From the NCBI GenBank assembly GCA_052139735.1, contig JBKQWB010000061.1, forward strand, positions 16,858-80,857: 64,000 nucleotides of DNA, in the 5' to 3' direction. Under the pieces are notes generated by a model that was not told the DNA's origin, searched no databases, and saw nothing but the letters and a program-made list of their open reading frames with translations. This document shows positions 40,946-52,281 of this stretch, piece after piece; the stretch's first letter is position 1, and each line of letters starts with the position of its first letter. The position numbers and the translations under genes are program-made. The stretch is from Smithella sp. GTDB taxonomy: Bacteria > Desulfobacterota > Syntrophia > Syntrophales > Smithellaceae.

Positions 40946-41377
40946 ATGAATATGGAAGATATAATTAAAATGATTCAAGAAGCACACAGTAATTTGTTGC
41001 CAGGATATTTAGGTATGCAGGTTACTAAAGCGACTACCGAAGAAGTCGTCGGCACTTTAGAAATCAAAGAAAATCTTTGCACAATAGGTGAGATTGCACA
41101 TGGAGGAACCATTATGGCTTTGGCGGATACGATGGGTGCCATCTGCGCGTTTTTAAATCTACCACCAAACTCCAGAACGAGTACCATAGAATCCAAAACC
41201 AATCTGATTCGTCCCTGCAAATTAGGTGAGACATTAACGGCAAGAAGCAAGTTACTTAATAAAGGACACACTCTGATGTTGTTATATACGGAAATTCAAG
41301 ACTCACAGGAAAAACTTGTTGCCGTAGTTATTCAGAATCAAATTGTTATAAGATCACCTCAGGCAAAAGATGCTTGA
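40946..41377 (+). CDS. PaaI family thioesterase
   Basis: AHGGTIMALADT, TIESKTNLIRP. Confidence 0.9.
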   Translation: MNMEDIIKMIQEAHSNLLPGYLGMQVTKATTEEVVGTLEIKENLCTIGEIAHGGTIMALADTMGAICAFLNLPPNSRTSTIESKTNLIRPCKLGETLTARSKLLNKGHTLMLLYTEIQDSQEKLVAVVIQNQIVIRSPQAKDA

Positions 41378-41440
41378 CGTGGGATTGCAAACTCGGTCAA
41401 GTATAGCTGCTGGTTCTGCATTCATCACAAAAGAGGAAGC

Positions 41441-42244
41441 ATGAAAAAATCATACGTTCACGGTTACGATCATCATGAAAATGTACGGTTACAGGATCAA
41501 GCCTCTACACTGGTAGAATTACTTCACTCGGATACTTCGTATCCGGAAGGGAGCCTTGTTCTGGAAGCCGGTTGCGGCGTTGGCGCGCAAACAGTCACCC
41601 TCGCGAAAAACAGCCCCAATGCTTTTATTACTTCAATTGATATATCCGGGACCTCGCTTGTTGAAGCCGGAAGAAAAGCTGCAGAGGCAGGTTTGACCAA
41701 TGTTAAATTCGAACAAGCCGACATTTTCAATTTGCATTATAAGACAGAGTTCTTCGACCACGTTTTTGTCTGTTTTGTCCTGGAACATCTCTCGCATCCA
41801 GTCGAGGCGCTGCAAATGCTGAAAAAATACTTGAAGCGAGGAGGCACCATCACGGTAATCGAGGGCGATCATGGTTCTGCCTATTTTTATCCTGACAGCG
41901 AGGCGGCCCATAAGGCTATTGCGTGTCAGGTTGAACTGCAACGACAGGCTGGCGGCAACGCCATGATCGGCAGAGAGCTTTATCCGCTATTGCACAAAGC
42001 AGGCTTTAACTCAATTCGAGTATCTCCCCGAATGGTCTATGTTGATTCCAGTAAACCGGAATTTGTAGAAGGTTTCACGAAGAAGACATTCACAGCTATG
42101 ATTGAGGGTGTCCGTGAACCGGCAATCAAATCGGGAATAATCCGACAAAATATTTTTGAAAAAGGAATCAGCGATTTATACCGGACAGCGGAGCCGAATG
42201 GAGTATTTTGCTATACTTTTTTTAAGGCAATTGGAACCAAATGA
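41441..42244 (+). CDS. Class I SAM-dependent methyltransferase
   Basis: VLEAGCGVG, FDHVFVCFVLEHL, LKRGG. Confidence 0.9.
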   Translation: MKKSYVHGYDHHENVRLQDQASTLVELLHSDTSYPEGSLVLEAGCGVGAQTVTLAKNSPNAFITSIDISGTSLVEAGRKAAEAGLTNVKFEQADIFNLHYKTEFFDHVFVCFVLEHLSHPVEALQMLKKYLKRGGTITVIEGDHGSAYFYPDSEAAHKAIACQVELQRQAGGNAMIGRELYPLLHKAGFNSIRVSPRMVYVDSSKPEFVEGFTKKTFTAMIEGVREPAIKSGIIRQNIFEKGISDLYRTAEPNGVFCYTFFKAIGTK

Positions 42245-42284
42245 TTACCGGATCATCTGATGTGACAGTTGGAGAAAATGAAGA

Positions 42285-42737
42285 ATGCGTAAAAAAGAAG
42301 GGGAAATAAAAGACAGGAAAGATATTGACGGTATCATCAAGCGTTGCCGGGTTTGCCGTTTGGCAATGTGTGACGATGGTCAACCTTATGTTGTTCCCCT
42401 AAATTTCGGTTATGATGGCAGCTTTCTCTATTTTCATGCCGCGCCTGAAGGAAGAAAAATCGATATTCTCAGAAAGAATAACAAAGTATGTTTCGAGTTT
42501 GACATCCTCCAAAATATTACTGAATCGGAAAAAGCCTGTAAATGGGGAGCGAAATATGAGAGCGTCATTGGATCGGGCACAGCCGAGATATTAGAGGATT
42601 TAGAGGCTAAAAAAGATGCGCTTGAATGGATTATGCGTCAGTATGGAAGCGGCACACGGGATTTTACAGAAGAAATACTGAAAAAGACCCTGATTTTTTG
42701 TGTGCAAGTACTTGAAATAACAGGTAAAGCCCGATAA
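42285..42737 (+). CDS. Pyridoxamine 5'-phosphate oxidase-like flavin-binding protein (NimA-like)
   Basis: PYVVPLNF, YFH...GRK, VCFE, YESVIG. Confidence 0.88.
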   Translation: MRKKEGEIKDRKDIDGIIKRCRVCRLAMCDDGQPYVVPLNFGYDGSFLYFHAAPEGRKIDILRKNNKVCFEFDILQNITESEKACKWGAKYESVIGSGTAEILEDLEAKKDALEWIMRQYGSGTRDFTEEILKKTLIFCVQVLEITGKAR

Positions 42738-43080
42738 TGAATCTTTATCCCCAACTAAAAAAATAAACATTCTTACAGTTATACACAAATTGTCAATCTC
42801 TATGAAAATATAATGTTTTAATCCGCAATGAAGATAATTAATGGCAGATGGCGAACATTACTGTCCTGTCAAACATTCCTTTAAAAAGATATTGACTTTG
42901 TGATTTTTGATCTTATACTTTAAACATAGGTAAGATACAGTATTTGTTATAACTTCTCATTATGTCCGATTAACATGATAGAAGCTTAAAGTTAAAGCTA
43001 TTCATTTATCAGTTCGTTGCCGGCGGCGCTTCTGTAAATATCAGTCCAACCCTTAACTAGCCTAAAAGGGATATTGCGCT

Positions 43081-46000
43081 ATGAAAAACAAGATCGAAGC
43101 AATGTCTAAAAACAAAAAGCAGGTTAAAGCTGCAAAGAAGGGAATCCCATTCCTCGAAAAATCTTTGTTATCAAATAAAAAAGAAAACGAAAAAAAGAAA
43201 AATAAAGAAACAGGCAAAAAAAAATCCGCGTTAAGAGATACTGTGTCTTTGAAAAAGCCTGCGGCTAAGGCACTAAATAACAAAGATGCTGGAAGATACA
43301 GGGATTTTCTGGAAAATATTCATGATGGATGTTTTGAATTAGACCTTGCCGGTAACGTAACTTATTTTAACAATTCGATATCCCGTATTCTCGGATACTC
43401 CGGTGAAGAATTGATGGGAATGAATTACCGGCGCTATACGGATAAAGAAACCGCGAAAAAAGCTTTTAAAGCTTATAACAAAGTCTATAAAACGGGCAAA
43501 CCCATTAAAAAATTTAGTTGGCAGATCACGAGAAAAGATAATGCGAAAATATATATTGAAGGTTCTATATCATTACGAAAAGATTCATCAGGCAAACCAA
43601 TAGGATTTATAGGAATTTTAAACGACATTACCGAGCGTAAGCGTGCCGAGGAATCACTGCGGCAGAGCGAAGAACTGTACACGAAACTGGTAAATGCCAT
43701 TCCTGATATTATTGTCCGCACCGATCTCGAGGGTAATATCCTTTTTGCGAATGATTATACCATCCCAATAAGCGGTTACAACCGGGGTGAAATAGAAGGC
43801 AGGAACATGTTAATGTTCATTTCTCCTGAAGACCGCGAGAGAGTAATGCAAGATGTCCAACTCATGATGGAACGCTACCGGGGTCCCAAAGAATACAATC
43901 TAGTCAAAAAAGACGGTAGTAAAATTCCCATCGAGGTGAATGGAGATGTCCTTCGGAATGAAGACGGAACACCTTTTGGTCTTGTTAATGCGTGTCGGGA
44001 TATCAGTGAACGAAAGCGTACGGAAATGATTCTGCGGGAAAACGAAGAACGTTTGCGCGGCATTACTCAGAATATGCCGGGACTTATTTATCGGTTCTAT
44101 GCAAAAGACAACGGCGAATACGGATTGAGCTACGCCAGTGGACATTTGTCGGAGTTTTTTGGTGGAACGACAAATTTGGATGAAATGTTTCCATTCTTCC
44201 TTTCTCATGTCCATGAGGAAGACAAAAACAGATTTATTACATCTATTAAAACAGCCGTGGAAACAAAAACTTCCTGGAATTTTGAAGGTCGAATCTACAC
44301 ACAGTCGGGCGAAATAATATGGTTTCAGGGATTGTCCACGCCAACTCGCCATGAAGATCAAATGATGGTCTTTGACGGTATTTTATTGAACATCACGGAG
44401 CGCAAGCAGGCAGAAGAAAAATTCCGTAAAGTTTTCATGATAGCGCCGGATTGTATAGTCATCAGCCGACTGAAGGATGGCCTCATTATTGACGTAAACA
44501 AGGGATATGAAGATATAGTAGGATGGAAAAGAGAGAAGATCATTGGAACAAGGTCTACTGAACCGCCATACAAATTCTGGGTTGATCTATCCGAGCGGGA
44601 TGTCATGGTGGCAGACTTGAGATCAGGCAGGGATGTCATGCGTCGTGAAGCTGATTTTTTGCGAAGTGACGGCTCCATGCGAACAGGCATCTATTCTGCC
44701 CGCCTCATCAATATAGCCGGCGAAGAATGTTTGATTTTTGTTTTACAGGATATCACCGAGCAAAAAAATATGGAAGAAGAACTGCGTCAAAGCGAGGAAA
44801 AATACAGAAGCATTCTGGAAAATATTCAGGAATCCTATTTTGAAGTCGATCTAACCGGCAACTTTACCTTTTTCAACGATTCCTTATCCAGACTGACAGG
44901 GTGCTCAAGACAAGAATTGGCCGGTACGAATTTTAGTGATTTTTCGGATGCGGAAACTTCAAAAAATGTTTTCCAGGCGTTTAATAAAATTTACAAAACA
45001 AAAGAACCCAACGAAGGAATTGATTGGCTTATTATAAGAAAGGATGGAACAAAAAGATACATTGAAGCCTCCGTATCGCTAAAGGAAGATTCATCAGGCA
45101 ATCCAACCGGATTTAAGGGAGTCATTCGCGATATCACGGAACGCAAACATATAGAGCAAGAACTGGAAAATATGGCAACCCACGACATCCTGACTGGACT
45201 GCCCAACCGTTTAATGTTCAGCCAGTTGCTCAATCACGCCATCCAGGCCGCAAGGCGTTATCAGCGGCAGTTTGGCGTCCTCTTCATCGATTTGGATCGC
45301 TTCAAAATAATCAATGATACCATGGGGCACGAGGCAGGGGATCAGCTGCTTCGGGAAATTGCTAATCGGTTTAGACAGTCACTGCGTGCCGTCGATGTTG
45401 TCAGTCGTCTGGGCGGAGATGAATTCATTATCCTGATTGAGGAAGTGAACGAATTGAATCAAATCGCAACTCTGGCCAAGAAGATACTTGCCTCCACTAT
45501 GAAACCGGCGGTGATTCTGGATAAAGAGTGCCGCGTAACGGCCAGTATTGGCATCAGTATATTTCCCAGAGATGGGGAAGACGATCAAACACTAATGAAA
45601 AACGCGGATATTGCCATGTATTTTGCCAAGGAAGAAGGTAAGAACAATTACCAGTTTTATTCCAAAGACATTAAAACACAATCAACCGAGCGCATGTCTA
45701 TCGAAACAAATCTTCGTTTTGCACTGGATAGAAAAGAATTCTTTCTGGACTATCAGGCAAGATTGGATTTTAAAACCGGTATGATAACCGGAGTTGAGGC
45801 ACTGCTTCGCTGGGAAAACCCTTTCCTCGGTTCAGTAACCCCTACGCGATTTATTCCAGTGGCCGAAGAAACAGGACTGATAGTGCCTATCGGCAGATGG
45901 GTGCTGAAAACAGCCTGTGCCCAGAATATGGTCTGGCAAGGCCAGCATCTGCCTCCTGTCCGCATATCGGTAAATTTGTCGCTTCGTCAATTAATGGATG

Positions 46001-46473
46001 ATAATTTAATAGAAGATATCAAAGCCATATTGAAAGAATCCGGTATGATGCCAAATCTTTTGGAACTGGAAATCAGTGAAAGTATGTTAATGCATAATCC
46101 TGTTCACATGATTACGGTGCTGACCAAAATCAAAAAAATGGGGGTCCGTCTTGCCGTTGATAATTTCGGCACGGGTTATTCTTCTCTCACTCAGATCTCG
46201 CACTTTCCTATCGACACGCTCAAGGTGGACAGATCCTTCATTCGAAATATTACGCAAGATTCTGAAGACAAAGAAATCATCGAATCGATCATTAATATGG
46301 GCAAGCATCTAAGTCTTACTGTCGTCGCTGAAGGTGTGGAAACACAGTTACAGGATGATTTTTTGAGAAAACACATCTGTGACGAGATGCAGGGTTTTTA
46401 TTTCAGTAAACCTGTTGCGCCTGATCAATTTGCCGAGCTATTGCGTACAAACAACACCACTTCACAAAAATGA
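43081..46473 (+). CDS. Multi-PAS GGDEF-EAL c-di-GMP signalling protein
   Basis: About five PAS/PAC repeats (DITERK), HDILTGLPNR, GGDEF, EALLRW, VAEGVE. Confidence 0.95.
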   Translation: MKNKIEAMSKNKKQVKAAKKGIPFLEKSLLSNKKENEKKKNKETGKKKSALRDTVSLKKPAAKALNNKDAGRYRDFLENIHDGCFELDLAGNVTYFNNSISRILGYSGEELMGMNYRRYTDKETAKKAFKAYNKVYKTGKPIKKFSWQITRKDNAKIYIEGSISLRKDSSGKPIGFIGILNDITERKRAEESLRQSEELYTKLVNAIPDIIVRTDLEGNILFANDYTIPISGYNRGEIEGRNMLMFISPEDRERVMQDVQLMMERYRGPKEYNLVKKDGSKIPIEVNGDVLRNEDGTPFGLVNACRDISERKRTEMILRENEERLRGITQNMPGLIYRFYAKDNGEYGLSYASGHLSEFFGGTTNLDEMFPFFLSHVHEEDKNRFITSIKTAVETKTSWNFEGRIYTQSGEIIWFQGLSTPTRHEDQMMVFDGILLNITERKQAEEKFRKVFMIAPDCIVISRLKDGLIIDVNKGYEDIVGWKREKIIGTRSTEPPYKFWVDLSERDVMVADLRSGRDVMRREADFLRSDGSMRTGIYSARLINIAGEECLIFVLQDITEQKNMEEELRQSEEKYRSILENIQESYFEVDLTGNFTFFNDSLSRLTGCSRQELAGTNFSDFSDAETSKNVFQAFNKIYKTKEPNEGIDWLIIRKDGTKRYIEASVSLKEDSSGNPTGFKGVIRDITERKHIEQELENMATHDILTGLPNRLMFSQLLNHAIQAARRYQRQFGVLFIDLDRFKIINDTMGHEAGDQLLREIANRFRQSLRAVDVVSRLGGDEFIILIEEVNELNQIATLAKKILASTMKPAVILDKECRVTASIGISIFPRDGEDDQTLMKNADIAMYFAKEEGKNNYQFYSKDIKTQSTERMSIETNLRFALDRKEFFLDYQARLDFKTGMITGVEALLRWENPFLGSVTPTRFIPVAEETGLIVPIGRWVLKTACAQNMVWQGQHLPPVRISVNLSLRQLMDDNLIEDIKAILKESGMMPNLLELEISESMLMHNPVHMITVLTKIKKMGVRLAVDNFGTGYSSLTQISHFPIDTLKVDRSFIRNITQDSEDKEIIESIINMGKHLSLTVVAEGVETQLQDDFLRKHICDEMQGFYFSKPVAPDQFAELLRTNNTTSQK

Positions 46474-46560
46474 ATACAAAAAAGAGTGCGTTTCTTTTAG
46501 CTTTGGCCGCATATGAATTCCGAAGGAAAGGCACGGTAACCAAAGAACAGCTTTTTTTGC

Positions 46561-47838
46561 TTAATGCGCCCACTGGCTGCGGTTTGAAGCATCAAAAGAA
46601 CGCTGTTTTGGCCTGCTGTTGGTTCGCTGTTTGGGAGAAAAAAGCTTTCTTCCATTATGGGGTTTCATCCTTCTTTCGTTGCTATTGCGGCGTGCGAGAG
46701 CTTCGTTGTCAACAGGCATGCCGGTGGTTAATCCGGCAACGCTGTGGTATTCGAGTTTTTCGCCAAGTACTCTTTTCAGGGAATGGGCAAGGCCCGCATC
46801 TTCTCCTGTCACGAAAGTAAAGGCGTCGCCTGTTTTTGCGGCGCGTCCCGTCCGACCGATGCGATGAGTGTAGGCATCAGTAGTTGAGGGCATATCATAA
46901 TTGATAACATGGGAAATTCTTGTCACATCGATGCCGCGGGCGGCGATATCGGTTGCAACCATTATTTCGTAACGTCCGTCACGAAAACCATCGAGGGCAT
47001 GCTGTCGTTTCTGCTGTGTTAGGTTGCCGTGCAGCGAAGTAACTTTGTATCCTGATTTGTCCAGTTGCAGAGCCACGCTTTTGGCGCGTGATTTTGTCCG
47101 CGTAAAAACGAGAACGGATTCCATCTCCGTTTTATCAAGAATATCTTTCAGCAGCGCTGTTTTGGTGGCCATTTGAACCGGATAAAAATGATGGGTAACG
47201 GTGTCAACCGGCGCTGTGTGACCGATTTTAACATTCACCGGATTGATCAATAGATCATTGGCGAGCGAGCGGATGTCTTCGGGCATGGTCGCGGAAAATA
47301 GCAATGTCTGACGTTTTGCGGGAAGATGTTTCACGATTTTTCGAACATCCGGCAAAAAGCCCATATCAAACATGTGGTCGGCCTCGTCAATGACCAGCAC
47401 TTCTACATGAGATAAGTCAATAGTGTTGCGCTGGATATGGTCAAGCAGTCGGCCGGGACACGCGGAGACGATATCAATTTTATCACGGAGCCTTGTTATC
47501 TGTCCATTAATGTTCACGCCGCCGTAAATGGAGGCGCTGTGTACTTGTGCCCTGCGACCCAATTGTCCTATTGCTTTGTGGGTTTGCTCGCTCAATTCAC
47601 GCGTCGGCGCAATAATCAGCGCACGGATATGACCCCGTGGACCCTGCATCAGCCGCTGCAAAATAGGCAGCACAAAAGCTGCTGTTTTCCCCGTTCCTGT
47701 CTGGGCAAGCCCCATGACATCGCGGCCTTCCATAATCGGCGGGATTGATTGTAATTGGATTGGTGTTGGTACTTTATAGCCAAGCGCTTGCACGGAGGCC
47801 ATTATTTTCACATCTAACTCAAACTTCTCAAAACTCAT
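46561..47838 (-). CDS. DEAD-box RNA helicase (RhlE-like)
   Basis: AQTGTGKT, PTREL, DEAD, SAT, HRIGRTGR. Confidence 0.95.
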   Translation of the reverse strand: MSFEKFELDVKIMASVQALGYKVPTPIQLQSIPPIMEGRDVMGLAQTGTGKTAAFVLPILQRLMQGPRGHIRALIIAPTRELSEQTHKAIGQLGRRAQVHSASIYGGVNINGQITRLRDKIDIVSACPGRLLDHIQRNTIDLSHVEVLVIDEADHMFDMGFLPDVRKIVKHLPAKRQTLLFSATMPEDIRSLANDLLINPVNVKIGHTAPVDTVTHHFYPVQMATKTALLKDILDKTEMESVLVFTRTKSRAKSVALQLDKSGYKVTSLHGNLTQQKRQHALDGFRDGRYEIMVATDIAARGIDVTRISHVINYDMPSTTDAYTHRIGRTGRAAKTGDAFTFVTGEDAGLAHSLKRVLGEKLEYHSVAGLTTGMPVDNEALARRNSNERRMKPHNGRKLFSPKQRTNSRPKQRSFDASNRSQWAH

Positions 47839-48178
47839 TTCTTATTTTTCCTTCTTTTTTCAGTATTTGTGACATTTGAACCCAGGTCTATTCGTTGCAG
47901 TTGATGAAAACACACCGCCATATGCCATGACTGGAGCCTGAAAACAGGCCGCAAACATTGCGCTAAAGTTGGATTCGGTTACGATTAGCCGGATTTTCCT
48001 GCCGAAATTTCTGAATTAGAAAGGATGGGAGGCAAATAACTATCGCGATCACTGTGGAGACTTCTACAGATATTATTGATAAATAGCAAGGATTATCTTT
48101 GAAGGTATCATAAATAAGCCAATGTGTCGGTTTATGTCTTTAATCTGGATAATTGCTTAAGCTGAATAAAAAAATTAG

Positions 48179-49324
48179 TCAGGCATATTTATTAAGATAT
48201 CTCTCCAGGCGATTTAAGCCTTCCTTTATGTTTGCCAGAGAATTGGCGTAAGAAAAACGCAAGAATCCTTCGCCGCCGCTGCCGAAATCAATACCGGGGG
48301 TGACGCCCACTTTTACATCTTCAATAATACGAAACGCTTCTTTGTAAGAATCTGTGCAAAAGCGCCGCGCGTCGGCAAACACATAAAACGCGCCTGTTGG
48401 CTCGACATGGATGACAAAACCCATGTCCTTTAAACGAGCCAGCATATATTGACGACGTTCATTATAAATGCTTATCATTTCCGCCACATCATTTTGCGCT
48501 CTCGTAAGAGCGGCAATACCCGCCCACTGAATAAAGCCATTGGCGGAAATCATGAAATTCTGATGAATGCGCTGCATGACGGCAGTGAACTCTTTTGGAA
48601 AAATGCAGTAGCCCAGACGCCAACCTGTCATTGCGTACAATTTGGAAAAGCCATTAATGACAAACGCTTTGTTCGTAAATTCCAGAATGGAATGAGCGCG
48701 GTTTTTATAGATTAAACCGTGATAAATCTCGTCGGAAATTATATACTGTTTGTTGAATTGAGCGATGTTTTGCAATTGCTCACCATTCATTACAATTCCG
48801 GTGGGATTGGAAGGCGAATTGATCAGAATCGCCTTTGATCGCGCGGAAAGTTTCTTTTTTATGTCTTTAGGGCGATACTGAAATCCATCTTCCGGGTAAG
48901 TTTTAACCTCTTTAATCTTGCCACCTGCAGCGAGAATAAAGTTTTGATAGCAGGGATAGCGCGGATTGGAAATGATTACTTCATCACCATGGTCTAAAAT
49001 AGCCAGCATCGCGAAAAGCAAAGCCGGAGAAGTGCCTGTGGATACCATAACCTGATCGGGCGTTATATTAACTCCGTATTCTTTAAAATAGAAGTTGCAT
49101 ATGGCTTGCCGCAGTTCCAGCAGGCCCAGGGCGTGGGTATAGCGGGTTTTGTTGAGGGATAAAGCCTCTTTTGCCGCCTGTGTGATAACTTTCGGCGTGG
49201 GAAAATCAGGTTCACCCACTTCCAGATGAATGACGTGTTCGCCCTTACGTTCAAAATCCTCGGCTTTTGCCATGACATCCATGACAATAAAAGATGTAAA
49301 TTTAGACGCTCTTTTCGAAATCAT
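48179..49324 (-). CDS. Class I PLP-dependent aminotransferase
   Basis: GEPDF, NSPSNPTG, SDEIY, FSKLYAMTGWRLG. Confidence 0.93.
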   Translation of the reverse strand: MISKRASKFTSFIVMDVMAKAEDFERKGEHVIHLEVGEPDFPTPKVITQAAKEALSLNKTRYTHALGLLELRQAICNFYFKEYGVNITPDQVMVSTGTSPALLFAMLAILDHGDEVIISNPRYPCYQNFILAAGGKIKEVKTYPEDGFQYRPKDIKKKLSARSKAILINSPSNPTGIVMNGEQLQNIAQFNKQYIISDEIYHGLIYKNRAHSILEFTNKAFVINGFSKLYAMTGWRLGYCIFPKEFTAVMQRIHQNFMISANGFIQWAGIAALTRAQNDVAEMISIYNERRQYMLARLKDMGFVIHVEPTGAFYVFADARRFCTDSYKEAFRIIEDVKVGVTPGIDFGSGGEGFLRFSYANSLANIKEGLNRLERYLNKYA

Positions 49325-49563
49325 AAAGACCCCCGATATTTTAGCAAACTACCTCTATTATGGTGATTATCTGAATTTTTCAACAATTTTATTAGTTTTA
49401 TGATTCCATTTTTGGTTTGTATGCGTTATAGGCGTTTTTGGTTTAATTATTCAAAAAGATGAGAATTGGTTCAGAACTTGCAATTCATCGAAAGAATATG
49501 AAAAAACATATTGCTATTGGTACATTTTTGTAACAAAATACTTTATGGTCAGTTGAGCTATCT

Positions 49564-51147
49564 ATGAGCAAGACTACAAAAAAATCTTTTTCTGAGAAAG
49601 AACGTAAATTGAGTATACATACTTATGAAGAGTTAGCCGCCCTGCACGCCATCGCCAAGATTCTGGCGCAGCCGGGGGATTTGCGTGATCAACTGGAACT
49701 GGCCATGAAGGAAATGAGCTCACGCCTTGGCATGCAGCGTGGGATGATATCCCTGATGGATCGCGAAAAAAAAGAAGCCTGGCTGGATATCGCCCATGAT
49801 GTCAATATTGATGGTTTGGAAGTTTCCTATAAACCGGGGGAAGGTATTACCGGTAAAGTAGCGGAAACCGGCCGTCCGATGGCAGTGGCGAATCTGGGCA
49901 AAGAGACACATTTCCTGGATCGCACCGGCGCGCGGCGTCATCTTAACCGCGCTGAGCTTTCATTTTTGTGTGTTCCTATTATGTATGACGCGAACGTTGT
50001 AGGCGTTTTATCCACCGATAAGATTGCTCAGCAGGTCGAAGATCTGGACAAAGAGTTGGCTATACTATCTTCTGTTGCCGAGTTGATGGCCAAGGCCGTT
50101 CATATTCGTGCGCTGGAAGAAGAAAACGAGCGGTTACGCAAAATAGTCGGCAGTACCCATGCTCCTTCTCTGGATATTATCGGCCATTCCAAATCAATGC
50201 AGGAAGTATTCGGCCTTGTGGCGCAGGTTGCTGATTCCAATACTACGGTCCTGATCAATGGTGAAACCGGCACTGGAAAAGAATTAATCGCCAGCGCTAT
50301 TCATAAAAACTCTTCACGTAAAAACGGCCCGCTGGTGCAGGTTAATTGTGCCGCTATTCCAGACACGCTGATTGAAAGCGAATTGTTTGGTCATGAAAAA
50401 GGCGCGTTTACAGGAGCCTTGCATCAACGCAGAGGACGTTTTGAAGAAGCTAATGGCGGCACAATTTTTCTGGATGAAGTAGGAGAGCTTTCCGCTGCCG
50501 CACAGGTAAAGCTATTACGAGTATTACAGGAAAAGAGATTTCAACCACTGGGTTCTTCCCGTATTATTAATGTTAATGTACGCATCATCGCGGCTACCAA
50601 CAGAAATCTGGAACAGGATATTACATCCGACCGTTTCCGCGCTGATTTGTTTTACCGTTTGAACGTATTTCCTATCTATTTGCCGCCGTTGCGCGAAAGA
50701 GGGAGTGATATAATTCTTTTAGCTGACCATTTTATCTTGAAGTACAGCAAGGAAATGGGGAAGAGCGTTAAAAAGATTTCAACAGCGGCGATCGAAGAAT
50801 TTTTATCTCACAAATGGCCGGGTAATGTGCGTGAACTGGAAAATTGCATTGAAAGAGCGGTATTGCTGACTAAAACAGATATGATCGAGTGTATTCATTT
50901 GCCACCGTCATTACATGTTAGAGAAAAAAAAGCAGAAAAAGTTGAACACAGCAAATTATCTTCTGTCGTTGAAGCACAGGAACGATCATTAATTATTGAT
51001 ACTCTGGAAGCAACAAGCGGCAATCAGACCAAGGCCGCAAATATTTTAGGGACAACAAAACGCATTATTCAATACAAAATCGGCAAGCTGGGAATTGATC
51101 CTAAACTCTTCCGCAAAAGTAATAAAGCCATCCAAAAGCATGATTAA
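49564..51147 (+). CDS. NifA-like GAF-AAA+-HTH sigma54 enhancer-binding protein
   Basis: [47 protein letters not shown]-terminal HTH. Confidence 0.93.
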   Translation: MSKTTKKSFSEKERKLSIHTYEELAALHAIAKILAQPGDLRDQLELAMKEMSSRLGMQRGMISLMDREKKEAWLDIAHDVNIDGLEVSYKPGEGITGKVAETGRPMAVANLGKETHFLDRTGARRHLNRAELSFLCVPIMYDANVVGVLSTDKIAQQVEDLDKELAILSSVAELMAKAVHIRALEEENERLRKIVGSTHAPSLDIIGHSKSMQEVFGLVAQVADSNTTVLINGETGTGKELIASAIHKNSSRKNGPLVQVNCAAIPDTLIESELFGHEKGAFTGALHQRRGRFEEANGGTIFLDEVGELSAAAQVKLLRVLQEKRFQPLGSSRIINVNVRIIAATNRNLEQDITSDRFRADLFYRLNVFPIYLPPLRERGSDIILLADHFILKYSKEMGKSVKKISTAAIEEFLSHKWPGNVRELENCIERAVLLTKTDMIECIHLPPSLHVREKKAEKVEHSKLSSVVEAQERSLIIDTLEATSGNQTKAANILGTTKRIIQYKIGKLGIDPKLFRKSNKAIQKHD

Positions 51148-51219
51148 AATAATATTTAAGGATTTTTGAAGAAACAGTATAAGGTTTTATTACATAGATA
51201 ATTGTTTTGATTCCTAAAT

Positions 51220-51293
51220 TGAGGGATCGTCTAAAGGTAGGACAACAGGTTCTGGCCCTGTGAATCGAGGTTCGAGTCCTTGTCCCTCAGCCA
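51220..51293 (+). tRNA. tRNA-Gln(CTG)
   Basis: Acceptor TGAGGGA/TCCCTCA, anticodon loop ttCTGgc, GTTCGAG T-loop, encoded CCA. Confidence 0.95.
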
Positions 51294-52001
51294 TACAATT
51301 CATTAACTGTTAAATGTTCTTCTGAAGGAAATTGGATGATTTCCAATCAATGGGATTTCACCAAACGACAGGTCATTTTTTTGTTTTCCGTGTAAGTTAA
51401 AGTATTCCATTGGCATGGTGGCCATTTGATTTGCCATCAATGGCAACCCGCCTCGCGAAAATTGAAGGATGTGAAAACCAGGCATTTCAGCTATGCAAAT
51501 AGTTTATTTGATTGTAGTTTTTCCTGAAAACAACGCCAAAAACGGCACGAGAAATTATGTCCAATTGCAACTATGAATTGGTCCTATCTTATTTACGCTA
51601 AAATATATTCTTGCTGAATCATCTTTAGTTAATATATTAATAAAACATAAATAGTTAAGGGAGCACAAAAAAAAATATTCTTTGGGCAACTTTTTATACA
51701 GTTGTTAAAATAATACCCGAAACATAAAAATTGCGCTGAGCGAGGCGCTTTATGATCAAAAACAGACACTGTAGCCTGTCAGCATCCCCTCTCCTTTTTT
51801 TATTGCAAATAAAAGAAAAAGGAATTGAGAAGAAAGATAAAAGTATGCTATGTCTGCATTCCTGTGTGCAGGAAAGAGTTTTTTTGTTGAGGCTATTGAA
51901 GTGAAGAAACCGGCGGCAGCCGTACAGAAACCGCTCAAAAATAAGGACAAATGTAATTAAATAGTTCAAATATGTTCCATAATTTTTTAAAGAAACAAAT
52001 A

Positions 52002-52107
52002 TGTGCTTTTTAAAACAGAGACAATCTTTTTTAAACAGTGAAAAGATTTAAAAATAAATGATATACAACAATGTAATTTATTTTATAAAATTGGCACGAC
52101 TTTGGCA
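52002..52107 (+). promoter_or_regulatory. sigma54 (-24/-12) promoter with upstream NifA-type activator site
   Basis: TTGGCACGACTTTGGCA at 52091-52107 (GG-N10-GC); TGT-N10-ACA at 52002-52017. Confidence 0.7.
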
Positions 52108-52281
52108 TTTAACCTGTGGTGCTTTGTGATGTTGAGTGTCAGTAGAGTCATTTGCGTTACGAGAAACAAAAAACGAGGAGTAAAAACAGGTTAAAATATA
52201 TATGTACGGATACGTAAACTACAGGAATGTTTTACATATCTCATTATAGATTGCCGGAATAATCCGGTACAAATAAAAAAG

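Noticed and set aside
42745-42787. oriC from DnaA-box-like words TTATCCCCA and TTATACACA
   Set aside because: Only two boxes in AT-rich DNA, with no cluster or dnaA nearby
49564-51147. Nitrogen fixation regulon
   Set aside because: No nif structural genes in the window; the GAF-AAA+ architecture is shared by many activators
51220-52000. Genomic island integrated at tRNA-Gln
   Set aside because: No integrase and no duplicated tRNA 3' end visible; the short ORFs here have no recognisable motifs
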